Assembly (NCBI GenBank): GCA_028534125.1
Contig: CM052816.1
Coordinates: 43,402,001-43,466,000, forward strand
DNA length: 64,000 nucleotides
Source: Lama glama
Taxonomy: Eukaryota
Reading direction: 5' to 3'
The position numbers and the translations under genes were made by a program. Below are positions 50,928-63,650 of the stretch, piece by piece (within the stretch, counting starts at the first letter, position 1; each line of letters starts with the position of its first letter). Below the pieces are notes generated by a model that had not been told where the DNA came from, made no database searches, and was given only the letters and a program-made list of their open reading frames with translations.

Positions 50928-53849
50928 CTCTAAAGTGATCGTTCCTTCCAGCAGTGAAAAGAGAGAAAGCAAAAAGTTTTACATGTAATAATGATTTTAT
51001 ATATGAAAGGAGATGTCTAATATTTCACTAGCTGTAAGAAGAAACTACTTATCCTTTTAAATATTGCTAATGAGCAGAGATTGTTGGTAAATATTGATCG
51101 ACACAAAACATAACATATGGAGAAAAGTTAAGCACTAAGGCAAAGCTTATTTTTGGCCCAAGGGATCAAGGAATTCTAAGAGAGACTACTTGTAAGTAGT
51201 TAAAAAGAAAAATTTTAAGGTAGCTGCAGTAAAATTTAGTTTTTCTTTAGGTTTATATGTGCAACTGGAATGAGGCGTAGAAAGGAGGAGAGTGTGGAAA
51301 TTCTAGTTTATGTTTATAATCAGGTAAGGGTGGCTGCTATCACTAAGGTCACAAGGTCATAGGGAGCTTTGTAAGTTAGAGGACAGATAATGAAAAATAA
51401 ATGATTCAAGATAGATAAGAGAGCAGTCAAAGGATCAGCATTAAAGGTATCATACTTGTGACCACGTCAGCAGTTGTACTGAGTCAGTACTATCTGTGTA
51501 CTTCTTGGAAATAACACCTGTAATGTCAAAAAGGAACCCTACCTGAGCCCGGTGTCATTTCCATGTGTTTCCTAGAGTTAACAACATAATCCCTGTGCTT
51601 ACATAGTACTTAAGGGTGAACAGAATTTGAAGGTCTAGAAAGCATCGTGGAACTACTGAAATTATGGAATCATTATAAGATGTGAATAGCATATAGATCA
51701 TTTTAGTTCTGGTGCAAGGGAATTCTAGTTTTCTTAAAGGAATGAAACAATAACAAAAGGGAACAAAAATTATCTCCTTTTGACCTAATTTGTGAGGTAA
51801 ACACTAAAAGCTCTTTAAGAGATGAGAAATAACAAAAGAAGGAAAATTAGTGTGTAAGATGTGAAGGAATGTTGTTCCCAGAACTGCCACGATATACTGA
51901 AATTATAAGGGAGGTAGTTATGGCATAGAGAGCAGATATAGAATGAAAATAAACTTCATTAACAGTTAAATAATTCATATCTCAAAATGAAGAAGAGGAG
52001 GAGCAGTAATGTGTACAGAACCTGTGATTTTTTTGGCAATTTGGAAAATAATAAAACAAAAAATGGCTTCTTATGGACAAAGATGATGAAGGAGTAAAAA
52101 GCATAATTGGTATAAAAATTACCCTTTCTTAGATTTTAGGAAAAATGTGAATTAAAAAAAGGGATGTTAAATGGAAAATAATCTAGGCATGGTATGAAGG
52201 TAGGTAGAACTGAATTAATGAGGAAAGTTTGTTGACAAAAGGAGCTATAATTGTTGGCAGTTATAGACAGGGTGTTTTGTAAAGTTCTGCCACAGGACAG
52301 CAGTGAAGCATCAGTGGTAACTGGAATAAAAGGATAGGAGACTGGATAATATAATGACCACTTCTAATAGTTAGTACCCCCTAAGATAGGATAAGGGCAA
52401 CCAAATCCTGTGCTCCAGGACAAAAAGTGATTGGCTGAAGGGGTCGGAAAGAAGTTTTTCTAGTTGGTGTACCCTTGCTTAGCAGTTCAGGGACCCCCTT
52501 TTCTCCAGTTATTACCTACTGCTGTCTGTAGAACTCAGACATGGAGGGCTAAATAGTCTGCTTGTCTTTAGAACATCTTGTATTTTAATGATCACGATAA
52601 ATGCTTGGAAAATATAGAAATATCAGTGTTTTTGTAGAATTAATGACCATATCTGTCTTTTGATTGGTGTTTTCACTTCAATCATTAGGCCCTGTGATGA
52701 TTCCCCAGTCACAGATTTTATTAAAGAGATTGACTGTATATAACATCTGACATTTTGATTCTTAAAATGGACTAAGTTTTAAGCAGTGGAACCACATTTA
52801 TGCCCAGTGAAAAGCACAGGTGTTCTGACAAGCAATAATAACAAATAAGATGTGGTATTTTTATTTTATAAAATAGTATGCACACATATAGTACACACAA
52901 GGATCTAGAGTAGAAGTCTGATTTAATGGCAATCAAATTTTAGTAGAATTTACTTGATTGTAACATCTTCCTTTTAGGTTGGGATATGGTATCTTAAGAA
53001 GATCAGACACATTACTCATTCTGAGAACAAAGACTTTGAAAGCTGTCAGCTTACTGACAGTTATGATGAGCATTTATTTCAGGCTTATAAAACATATTAA
53101 TCAAACTTGTTCACAGCATGGTGGTCCAAAGAGGGTTATTTTATTTTTGAGAGATACTTTAAATAACTGAAGAGCACTGGTAGCATATTCTCCATGAATA
53201 CAAAGCTACAGTGTTTTTTTTTTCCTTCAAAATGAGTCAGTACTTTTCTCAAGCTTAAAGAATAAGAAGTACTGCAGGAATCTGTTTATTACAAGACTAT
53301 TTGCAAAAGACCTATGCACCATTCATTGAACCTTGAAAAACACTTGAAAATATGGGTTGCATTTGCAAACTTCAGTGTATGACATGGAAAGCTGGCAAGC
53401 TGCCTGGCTTCTACTTAAAGGATTGTCATTCTGGGAAAAATAAATTTCTCTAACTAGACAAAAGTCAATGTTTTCATGTTTTACTGCAATCAAACTGATA
53501 GAGCTGACAATTTAATGTCTCAACACTTAAAATATCTGTGGATAATCAGTTACCTCAATCAATCATAAACACAAATCCTTCTATTTTTGAAGCTTGTGTG
53601 TCTGTGACTAAGATATAAAACAGTTTGGTGAGCCCCTACCCCCACAACACTTCCTCATCTATCCCCATCATCCTCCCAATATTCCTGACTTTTCTTTAGC
53701 TATGCAGATATTTGTACACATTATGCATCTAGAAATAACTTTCAACAACTCAAGTACGATCAAATTTAGAAACTTTTCTTTCACTGTCCTGTTTAATTTT
53801 TACGGGTAGTTTATAGACTGTATGCCTGTCAGAAAAATGTGGAAGTATG

Positions 53850-54900
53850 CTGGCATTCCAGCTGAAGACATCATTATGAGTGAAAAAATGCTCAAGGCTT
53901 TTTCAAAGTGGGTGCTGAAACATACATTTCCTTTCTCTGACTCCGGGGGATGCTGGTAGCTACCCCAAACAGACAGGTATTCGGGGGGTCAAATGGTGTA
54001 GTGCCGAGCCCTTAGGATTTCCTGGCAAGCGCACTGAACAGCTCACTTCTGGAAGCTAATCATAATGATGATGATGATAAAGCAAGGGAGGCAGTGACAA
54101 CAACGTAAAGAGCCGCCCGAGGAATTGGATTCCAGGTAGCTCTAGAATTGGCAGAGCTGACAGGTTCAGTTCACTAAGCTTTGGTATTGATAATGACAGG
54201 AAACTTCAGACAGTTTTAGAAATCTGTTTCTATTAAACTATGCCATGGTGTTTCTGCGACTTGAGGCCAAGTTTACTAGGACACACCATTCTTCTTTCAA
54301 CATAATACTTGATGTGAGTGGTGGTACATTCCTAACAGATAATTAACTCTGAGGACTCAATAAGCCAGATTTCTTGTTTGAAGTATTCTTTTATGTATTT
54401 TTAATGTATGGTGTATATGTGGTTATATGTATATATAGACATGTACATTCACCTTCACTGCCTTTTTGTTTCTTTGATTATTTGGGGCTTTGCAATCAAA
54501 CTAAGCAGAGTTTTAAGACCCTTGGGGCAGCATCTTTTAGTTCCACGTCAGGCTGCATTGCAAAACAATCAATCTTGCTCTCGCACTCACTTGGCGGAAG
54601 TGCCACGATACGAATTGTGCAGCGCTTTGCTCTTGCCATGAAGCCTGGGTGACAAAAGTTTTTACAAGAAGCTGACTGTATTTGAGGTTATGAATATGCA
54701 ATGACTCTCATTAGTATTGAAGCACCAGAGCAGGGGCTGACATCCCCCGCCACTTTGAGTTGCTGCAGAATTGGCTAATGAATTGTCTTGCTCTTTCACA
54801 CACACAGTCTTCTGTTGTGGCTCCTAAGTTCCAAGGGGAGTTGCCCAGTTTGAGTAGACCATTGACTGCAGTTACTGTCAGGAACTACTCTTGATTTTGT
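53850..54900. promoter_or_regulatory. Candidate enhancer or internal/antisense promoter
   Basis: No repeat recognised; locally GC-richer with retained CpGs (7 in 53940-54125, 6 in 54541-54630). Motifs CCACGTCA, GGCGGAAGTG, AATCAATC, CCCCGCC and several TGACA. Confidence 0.45.
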
Positions 54901-55476
54901 GAAATAATATTTAAACAGTGCTTAGATTATCAAAACAGAAAAGCATTAAACTTTGAATAAAATAATATCATGAATAGGAAAATTTAGAAAGAGACATGAG
55001 AATGTACATATGTTTTTATATACACCACTGTGTATAGATATGTTTCCACCCTGGACCACTGTACAGTAAATATATCTATATATAGATGAAATCAAGTCAC
55101 AGAAATCTGACATTTTGTTGGTTTGTGTATTATACTTCCAAACAGAACAAACAGAGATGATAGAAAATTCCCCCAATTCATAGGGTTGACACACAAAGAT
55201 ATTCCATCAACTCTTTCCCACATTCTTTTTTTCCTTTTTATTCCTGGGTCTCTGCCAAACATTTTGCAGCTCATACACATACCATCTTTCATGAATATGT
55301 TACTGATAAGGATATGCTTCTAGCCACTGATTAAGATATCTGAGCTGATTTACAGTGTGTAAGGAGATTCAGAAGTGTTCAGAAACCATCTAGAATGGTC
55401 TTTTTTCAATAGGATAAATTAAATGTGTTTTTCCACACCCCTCCTCCCTTAAAATTTCCTTTCAACTAAAAAAGAA

Positions 55477-55506
55477 CTTGCTGTAGATTGGCTTGCTGTA
55501 GATTGT
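55477..55506. repeat. 15-bp tandem duplication
   Basis: cttgctgtagattg(g/t) x2. Confidence 0.9.
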
Positions 55507-58029
55507 AAAGAATGGACTGAATTGAAATGGATAATACATGCTAAAAGGTAAGGGATATGTTGTAAGCTGTGCAAATAAGGCAATGAACAAAGGGTAAGTT
55601 CTTATATTAAAGTACTTTCTCCACAGTCATTTATTTAATCTACAGTGGAAAAGCATCCCTTTCTAAGAAACAGATATATGTTGTTTTTGTACAGCTTTAG
55701 AAGGTAGTGTATGATATTTGTCATATCTGTTTGACCCATCACTAGAAACAAGAAAAACGAAAGCCCAAGAACATACATATATATATATGTATATGTATAT
55801 ATATATTTATATACACACACACACCAAGTATGAGTATAACTTAGAATAAATGCAGTCTGGCAAAAGTGACTCGAGTATCACACATCAAACACTTGTTACC
55901 TCTGCCGGCCTTAGTGACTGCACATGACTGAGAACAAGTCAGTGATAACTTCTCAAGAAAAATGAAACCAGTCTTGGCTTTTGCAGACTATCAGTCATTC
56001 CACAGAGCTGTGATATTATTTGTTCACATAATCCTTGGCTTCCTATTTAATGGACATAATATAACATTAGTTCCTAGACCAATGCCAACAGGGGAAATCT
56101 TTTTCTTTTTTCTTTTCACTTGGACACAGAAAGGACCAATTAGATCTGATTCCATAACAAGCTATTAAATTATTCAATCTCATTCCTAAATTTGCATTCT
56201 TGTTGTATTTTACAGTCAGTTTAGGGTTTAAAAAACTTACTGTTTTAAAGTGCCTATATAATCAGAAGTAAAGCACTTTTATAATAACTCACAAGGATTT
56301 TCTGATTTATCTATGTTGTTCTAGGTATCCAGGACATTTTTATTGTAAGAAAAGGTTTAGTTATATCAAAATAAGGTATTCAATTCATACAGAACACACT
56401 CAGGTTTTAATATATATTAGGTGGAAACAGTTTAGCTGAAACAATTATATCTAAGCATAAAATATTCAAATTTAAGGGAGGTATTAACCAATATATGTTA
56501 CTATGAATATGAATATCAAATTATTATGTATTATATATTTTAAAAACTATGGTGGTTTTGCTTTGGCTCTGTAATTATTATCTGCATTCTAGACTTTGTG
56601 ATGGCTATGAAACATTATTTAATGAAAATTTATTCAAATATAATCTGGTGCTTATTTTATGAAATATAGTTGTCTAATGAAATAAAATGTGAAGAACTTG
56701 TGCTTCTGAGTCTTTGCTGACAATCATTTATTGCACATCCTTTTCTGTGCACAACTGCAATACAATTATAACAGCAGACAAAGTAATATGTTATATTGTT
56801 TCTATTCATAATATGTTAAGCTGTCCTGCTACATGTCTGCAGTAGAATTTGGACACTTGTAAGAATTCAGCCTTTGATGAGCTTACATAAAATTTTGCCA
56901 GCACAAGTTATTTTAATTTGAACAAATACATGAGTTTTGTGCTTTCTGCTTTAGTAATATTTTTGTTTTGATTTACGTTGAGGGGACAGAATTTTTTTCG
57001 TCCTTAAGGTCTCTAGAGGTCTTGATCTGAACTTGAATGGACCAATGAATTTGCCATCAGCAAATGCTACTTACACATTTCCTTGTCAGACATAAATTAA
57101 CATTTATTGAGTACAATCTGGGTGCTGGCAGTGAGGAGAGGTGGATTAGGAGAATCCTGCATATCAGAAAGTGTACAGTGAAGCTGCGGTGGAAGATAAC
57201 AGGGAAATGGAGGTTCATTTATAGGGCTAGATACCCACAAGTGTAGTATGATCTAGCGCACAGTAAGTGCAGAAGTGTTCCAGAGCTGCCACTGGCGTGT
57301 GAGAATAGCTTCAGGAGGGACAGTTGTAGAGACTTCTTATAGGATTCAAGTTCCTACTCGGATTTTGAAAGTTTAAAGATTTTATTAAAAAGTATTAAAT
57401 TTGGCTTAACTTTGAAACAGGACTTCAGTGTGTCTAAACTTGTTTTGTAATGATTTTAATGGTAACTTTTTCTTTAGAAGTGACATAATTTGAAGTTTAG
57501 AATTGTGTGTAATGTGCTTTTCGTTTTTCTCACTTAAAAAAAAATGTTTCCTTAAGTGGGGAGAAAAAAACTTGTTTACAACAACTACCCCTTTTAAATG
57601 TAAAAGGGAAAAAAGTGAGGAAATTAAAAAGATTAGCATAGTATCCTTTTAAACATCCTTCTTTTCCCCTTAACTCTCTGCCCAGTGGTCTTGCCTAAGC
57701 ATATGTATAAATGTTGATTCCATATTGATGTCCAGCAAAATTATATAGAAATTCCTAAGTCCTGTTATCACCAGAGATATTCACTGTATACCTGGAGGTG
57801 GGAGGGAACTTTTATTCCTTGATGGGGTCACTGAAAACTGATGTAACTGTTTAATTACTAGCTGCAGGCTTGGCTCTTGGTAAAATTGTGAAGTTGTTTT
57901 GACTATTACCCCTTCCTTTACTTCCACATTGTCCTTCTTCTTACCTTTTGCCCACTCTCCTCAGAAGTTAATGATAAAGGCTTGAATCCTTTTCTAATAG
58001 GAAATTCTGGGGATTGATGTGTGGTAGGT

Positions 58030-58195
58030 GCATGGCAAGTACTGTGCTAAGTGCTTTGCATATGTTATTGCAACACATAACTCTGTACGGCTGTAAAAGA
58101 GTGGTGCAGAGAAATGTATTAAGTAAATTGTTAGGATCACACAAATAGTTGGTTTTTAGTCCTAGTGTTTCAGACTCCAAAGCCTATGCTCTTTG
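58030..58195 (-). mobile_element. MIR SINE
   Basis: actgtgctaagtgctttgcatatgtta...ttaagtaaattg...aggatcacaca...gactccaaagcctatgctctt. Confidence 0.75.
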
Positions 58196-58449
58196 TAGTA
58201 CAGCAAAACATTTCAAGACCTAGAATAATCTGTGCTGGAAGTTCAGACTTTGTGCCAGTGCCGCAGGAAATATGTTTTTGGCTGGGAGCATTGACCTGGT
58301 GCCTTTCAAATTGGATGAGGTGAATCTAATTAGTTCTTCTAACTCGTAAGATCAGTTTTGTATAGTCGCACCTTAAGTCTTTACTTAAATGTAGTCTTAT
58401 TTGAAGGAGATTTTAATCTTTGTCTTGAACGTTTTCATTTAAGTTCAAC

Positions 58450-59400
58450 TTAGTGAATGTTTATTCAATGCCTATTCTTTGCCAGGCGCTGTGCTAGATG
58501 CTGATGGTACAAAGACAGTCCATTAGGGAGACATTATAAATAACTATAATTCAACTCATTGAATTCATTAATAAATGCAAATACAAGGGACCATGGAAAC
58601 ATATGACAGCATAATTAATTTGAGGGACTATGTCAGAGAATGCTATATTTGAGCAGAACCTTGAAGGACAAGAAATAAGAATTTGCCAGAAGGACAGAAG
58701 GAGGTTGATAATTCATTTCAGGTGATGGGAACAGCATGAGCACATGTATGAAAATGCTTGGCATGTTTGAGAGGTGGTAAGAGTGAGTGGTAGATTGTAA
58801 AAATGGTCACAAATGCTTCCCTTTACTGCATCCAACTCCTGGCAATGTGATATTGAAGATCTTTCCATTAACAAGTGGAGTCTAGTTCCCCATCACTGAA
58901 TTTGGGTTGACGTGTGACTTTGGCTGATGAACATTAGAAAATGTGAAACTAGCAGAGATTTGAAAAGTGCTTATGCATTGGGGGTTCTGCGCTTGGAACC
59001 CTCAGATCACATTGTGAATGAGCCCACGTTATCCTGCTGGAGGATAAGTAGCCACCTGCAGGAGAATAGAGGCTCCGGCTGACAGTATGCTGTCACTAGA
59101 CATGTGGGTGAGATTATTTTAGATCATCTAGTTACCAGCTAATCCACCACTGACCACAGACACGGGGCAGAGTCCATGGAAAATCTGTTGTCAGCCCGGA
59201 CAGGATGACTCAGCTGAGTTGCACAAATGTGAACTAAATAAAATGTTTTAGCCACTAGGTTTGGGACATTTTGTTATGTAGCTAAGCAGATACACAAATG
59301 GTCAGAGTAAAGTGCAGGGAATGTAGGATGAGAAAGTGACTGAAGATGGCATGTAATGTTTGCAATATTATGTTAAGAAATTTGGACCTGTTTTGTAGGA
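58450..59400 (-). mobile_element. LINE-2 3' part interrupted by an MLT1 LTR
   Basis: tttattcaatgcctattctttgccaggcgctgtgctagatgctg...tttgagcagaaccttgaagga...gggaacagcatgagca; resumes after 59296 with atgttaagaaatttggac. Confidence 0.75.
58784..59294 (+). mobile_element. MaLR solo LTR (MLT1G/H-like)
   Basis: gtggtagattgtaaaaatggtcacaa...gtggagtcta...cagagatttgaaaagtgctt...aataaaatgttttagccactaggtttgg...ttgttatgtagc...gataca. Confidence 0.8.
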
Positions 59401-60032
59401 CCAAGCTTCCCAAAGTTCATTTACTGATGTACCACTTTTATCTTTTTAAAAAAATCTGTGTATTCCCTGAGTTAGATTTTTATTTATATTGTCTAATTTT
59501 TGTAAAAAATTATTTAAAAAGCAAACAATGTATTTTTTTCTATTTTCTATCACTTTACATATTTATTTAAAAAACTTTTTATTGAAATGTAGTTGATTTA
59601 TACAGTGTTAGTTTCAGGTGCACAGCAAAGTGATTCAGTCATACATATACATACATACATATATTTTCTTTTCAGATTCTTTCCCATTATATGTTATTAC
59701 AAGAAATTGTGCTATACAGGTCCTTGTTTTTTTGTCTATTTTATATATAGTAATGTGTCTCTGTTAATCCCCAACCCCTAATTTACCCCTCCCCACCCTT
59801 TCCCCTTGGGTAGCCATAGTTTGTTTTCTATGTCTGTGGGTCTGTTTTTGGTTGGTAAATAGAATTTGTATCATTATTTTTTTTTAGATTCCACATGTAA
59901 GTGATATCATTTGATGTTTGTCTTTCTCTGTCTGACTTATTCAATATGATAATCTCTAGGTCCATCCATGTTGTGGCAAATGGCATTATTTCATTCTTTT
60001 TTATGGCTGAGTAATATTCCAGTGTGTGTGTA

Positions 60033-60066
<34 letters not shown>

Positions 60067-60201
60067 CAACACAACTTTACCAGTCATCTGTTGATGGACA
60101 TTTAGGTTGTTTCCATGTCTGGGCTATTGTAAATAGTGCTGCTGTGAACATTGGGATGCATGTGTCTTTTCAAATTATAGTATTTTTCTGAAAATATACC
60201 C

Positions 60202-60298
60202 AGGAATGGAGTTGCTGGATCATATGGTAAGTCTGTTTTTAGTTTTTTTAAGGAATGGAGTTGCTGGATCATATGGTAAGTCTGTTTTTAGTTTTTTA
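60202..60298. repeat. 49/48-bp tandem duplication in L1
   Basis: aggaatggagttgctggatcatatggtaagtctgtttttagtttttt(t)a x2, followed by AGGAA. Confidence 0.95.
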
Positions 60299-61739
60299 AG
60301 GAACCTTCATACTGTCCTCCATAGTGGCTGCACCAATTGACATTCCCACTAACAGGGTAAGAGGGTTCCTTTTTCTCCACACCCTCTTCAACATTTATTA
60401 TTTGTAGACTTTTGAATGATGGCCATGCGACTGGTATAAGGTGATACCTCATTTTAGTTTTGATTTTCATTTCTCTAATAATTAGCAATATTGAGCATCT
60501 CCTTATGTGCCCTGTTGGCCATCTGGATGTCTTCTTTGGAGAAATGTCTGTTTAGGTCTTCTGCCCATTTTTTGATTGGGTTTATTACATTTTGATATTA
60601 AGCTGTATGAGCTGTTTGTATATTTTGGAAATTAGTCCCTTGTCAGTTGTGTCCTTTACAAATATTTTCTCTATTCTGTAGGTTGTTTTTTAATTTTGTT
60701 TATGGTTTCCTTTGCTGTGCAGAAGCTTTTAAGTTTAATTAGGTCCCATTTGTTTATTTTTGTTTTTCTTCCCATTATTCTAGGAGCTGGTTAAAAAAAA
60801 TGTATTACTGAATTTCATGTCAGAGTGTTCTACCTATGTTTTCCTCTAGGAGTTTTACAGTATCTGGTCTTACATTTAGGTCTTTAATCCATTTTGAGTT
60901 TATTTTTGTATATGGTATTAGGGAATATTCTAACTTCATTCTTTTACGTGCAACTATCCAGTTTTCCTAGCACCACTTATTGAAGAGGCTGTCTTTTCTC
61001 CATTGTATATTCTTGCCTCCTTTGTCATGGATTAATTCAGTCTAAGTACGTGGGTTTATTTCTGGACTTTCTATCCTGTTCCATTGACTTATGTGTCTGT
61101 TTTTGTGCTGGTACCATACTGTTTTGATTACTGTAGCTTTGTAGTATAGTCTAAAGTCAGGGCACATGATTCCTCCAGCTTCATTCTTCTTTCTCAAGAT
61201 TGTTTTGGCTGTTTGAGGTCTTTTGTGTTTCTATACAAATTAAAAAAATTTTTTGTTCTAGTTCTGTGAAAAATGTCATTGGCAATTTGATAGGGATTGC
61301 ATTGAATCTGTATTGCCTTCGGTAGTTTGGCCATTTTAACAATATGGAGTCTTCCAATACAAGAATATGGCATATCTTTCCATCTGTTTGTGTTATCTTC
61401 AATTTCTTTCATCAGTGTCTTACAGTTTTCAGAGTACAGGTCCTTTGCCTCCTTAAATAGGTTTATTCTTGGGTTTTTTTTTTTTTGATGTGATGATACA
61501 TGAGATTGTTTCCTTAATTTCTTTTTCTGCTATTTCATTGTTAGTGTGTAGAAATACAACTGATTTCTGTATATTAATTTTGTATCCTGCAACTACTGAA
61601 TTCATTGATGAGCTCTAGTAGTTTTCTGGTAGCCTCTTTAGGATTTTCAATGTATAAGTATCACATCACCTACAAACAGTGACAGTTTTACTTCTTCTTT
61701 TCCAATTTGAATTCCTTTTATTTCTTTTTCTTCTCTGAT

Positions 61740-61804
61740 TTCAAAATCTATGTTGAATAAAAGTGGTGAGACTTCAAAATCTATGTTGAATAAAAGTGGT
61801 GAGA
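61740..61804. repeat. 33-bp-period tandem duplication in L1 ORF2
   Basis: ttcaaaatctatgttgaataaaagtggtgaga x2; seen as repeated [10 protein letters not shown] in ORF 61647-61895. Confidence 0.95.
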
Positions 61805-62849
61805 GTGGACATCCTTGTCTTGTTCCTGATTTTAGAGGAAATGCTTTCAGCTCTTCCCCATTAAGTATAATGTTAGCTGTGGGTTTGTCATACATGGTCT
61901 TATTTTGGTTGGAGCATTTAGTTCATTTACATTAAGGTAATTATTGACATATATGTTCTTATTGCCATTTTGTTGGTTGTTTTGGACTTGTTTTAGTAGG
62001 TCTTTCTCTTGCTTTTCTTCTTTTGTTCTCTTCTCTTGTGAATTAGTGGCTCTTTTGTGTTATGTTTGGAATCGTTTTTCTTCTTTGTGTGTGTATCTAG
62101 CATAGATTTTTGATTTGCAGTTACCATAAGGTTTGGTATAACATTCTGTATATATACATGATTGCTTTAAGTTGCTGAACCAAACCCCTCGGGTGAGCCA
62201 CAGCCGCCCCATGCCTCCCCAGGAGACCCCCCAAGCCCCACAGGTAGGTCTGGCCCAGGCTCCTATGAACTTACTGCATTTGTCCTTGGTCTCAGTGAGT
62301 GTGAGGTGTTCTGTGCCACTCTTAAGCGTGCAGTCTCTGATTTCCCCAGTCCTGTAGAGCTCCTCCTCAAGCCCCACTGGCCTTCAAAGCCCAATACTCT
62401 GGGGACTCCTCTTCCTGGTGCCAGATCCCTGAGCTGGGGAGCCTGATATGAGACTCAGAACTCTCACTCTCGTGGGAGATCTCTGCAATATAATTATTCT
62501 GCAGTTTGTGGGTCTCCCACCTGGGAGTGTGGGACCTGATTATACTGCGAGTCTGCCCACCTACTGGTCTAGTCGTGCTTTATTCTTTAAGAAGATCCTT
62601 TCTGGTACTTTCCAGTCTTTTTTTTTTAATCACTAGTTGTTTTGTAGTTAGTTGTTGTCTTGGTATGTCTGTGAAAGGAGGTGAGCTCCAGCTCCTTCTA
62701 CTAAGCAAACTTAATGTTAACTTAAAATCCCAGTTTGGTGTATTACTTCTACCTTTCTCAGCCTATTAAAATATATAAATATTTAAAAATTGGTCTGTTT
62801 GGTATTAAAAATCATCTTGTATATTATGAGTACTGCAGTGTAGGATTTC

Positions 62850-63650
62850 CTGTTGTAATAAGTAGGAATCAGGATCATGTGGAGAGTAACGTGAAGTGGA
62901 GAGGCTACTGGTGGAGGGGGTGGCGGCGAGGAGGCTACTGCAGGCATCCAGATGGGATGTGGCACATGGTTGACAGGCGCAAGATGTGTTCCTGAGGAAG
63001 AAGAGAAAGGACCTGGAGACAGGTTTGTTGTACGTGGGGTGGGAATGGGGATTGTGAAGTATCCACTAAGTGGATACTATTAAGAAAGGGAAAAGAAGAA
63101 AAGTAAAGATAATAATCTGATGTTGCACTTACTGAGTTTGAGTTAGGAGGTCATTTGAAAATAGAGGTCTGCTAGGCATTTATGTATGTGGCTCTAGGCT
63201 TAAAATGTTATTTTTGAAATCATCAATATATAGGTGATAAAATCATCAAGAGGAAGTGTTATTATTAGTACAGTGATCTTCAGTTTATTTTTGTTTGTTT
63301 TTTTCATTCCCCGAACTCTTAAGAGATATGATTTACACCAAGTAGAAATAGTGAGTGGTTTATATAGGTAACGAGTCTCATATGGGGTTGGAAAATACCT
63401 GTATAGTTTGAAAAAATGTCCCCCCAAATTTGAAGATTTTCAAATACTTCCCTTCACCTCCTCTTAATTAGAGTGAGATGAGGACATGGCTAAGAAAGAG
63501 GGATTCGTAGAAAGGAACAGAATGATCTGAGACGTTGACTTCTCTACGAGGAAGAGAACTTTTACGTCTGTGAAGATACTTTAAGGTGAAAGGTCAAGCC
63601 ACAGTGGTACTAAATTCTGCAGAGAAATCCAGTAGTATGAGGATTATGTT
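62850..63650 (-). mobile_element. LINE-2 continuation (degenerate)
   Basis: ggaggctactgcaggcatccaga...ctgagtttgag...gtcaagccacagtggtactaaattctgcagagaaatccagtagtatgagga. Confidence 0.6.

Larger units (their letters stand above)
59572..62712 (-). mobile_element. Internally deleted L1 retaining 3'UTR, 3' half of ORF2 and 5'UTR
   Basis: ORF2 RT peptide [51 protein letters not shown]; abrupt jumps at ~61900 and ~62177 into inter-ORF and GC-rich 5'UTR sequence. Confidence 0.92.

Noticed and set aside
53063..53170. Possible box C/D snoRNA (ATGATGA...CTGA); similar pairs near 42225-42339 and 54065-54160
   Set aside because: No terminal stem and no recognisable rRNA/snRNA guide sequence; these short motifs occur by chance.
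54374..54652. Overlapping plus-strand ORFs (92 and 77 aa)
   Set aside because: Low-complexity starts and no recognisable protein; openness is explained by local GC richness.
61647..61895. Reverse-transcriptase-like peptide as an active or domesticated gene
   Set aside because: Fragment of a disrupted L1 ORF2 with frameshifts and deletions.
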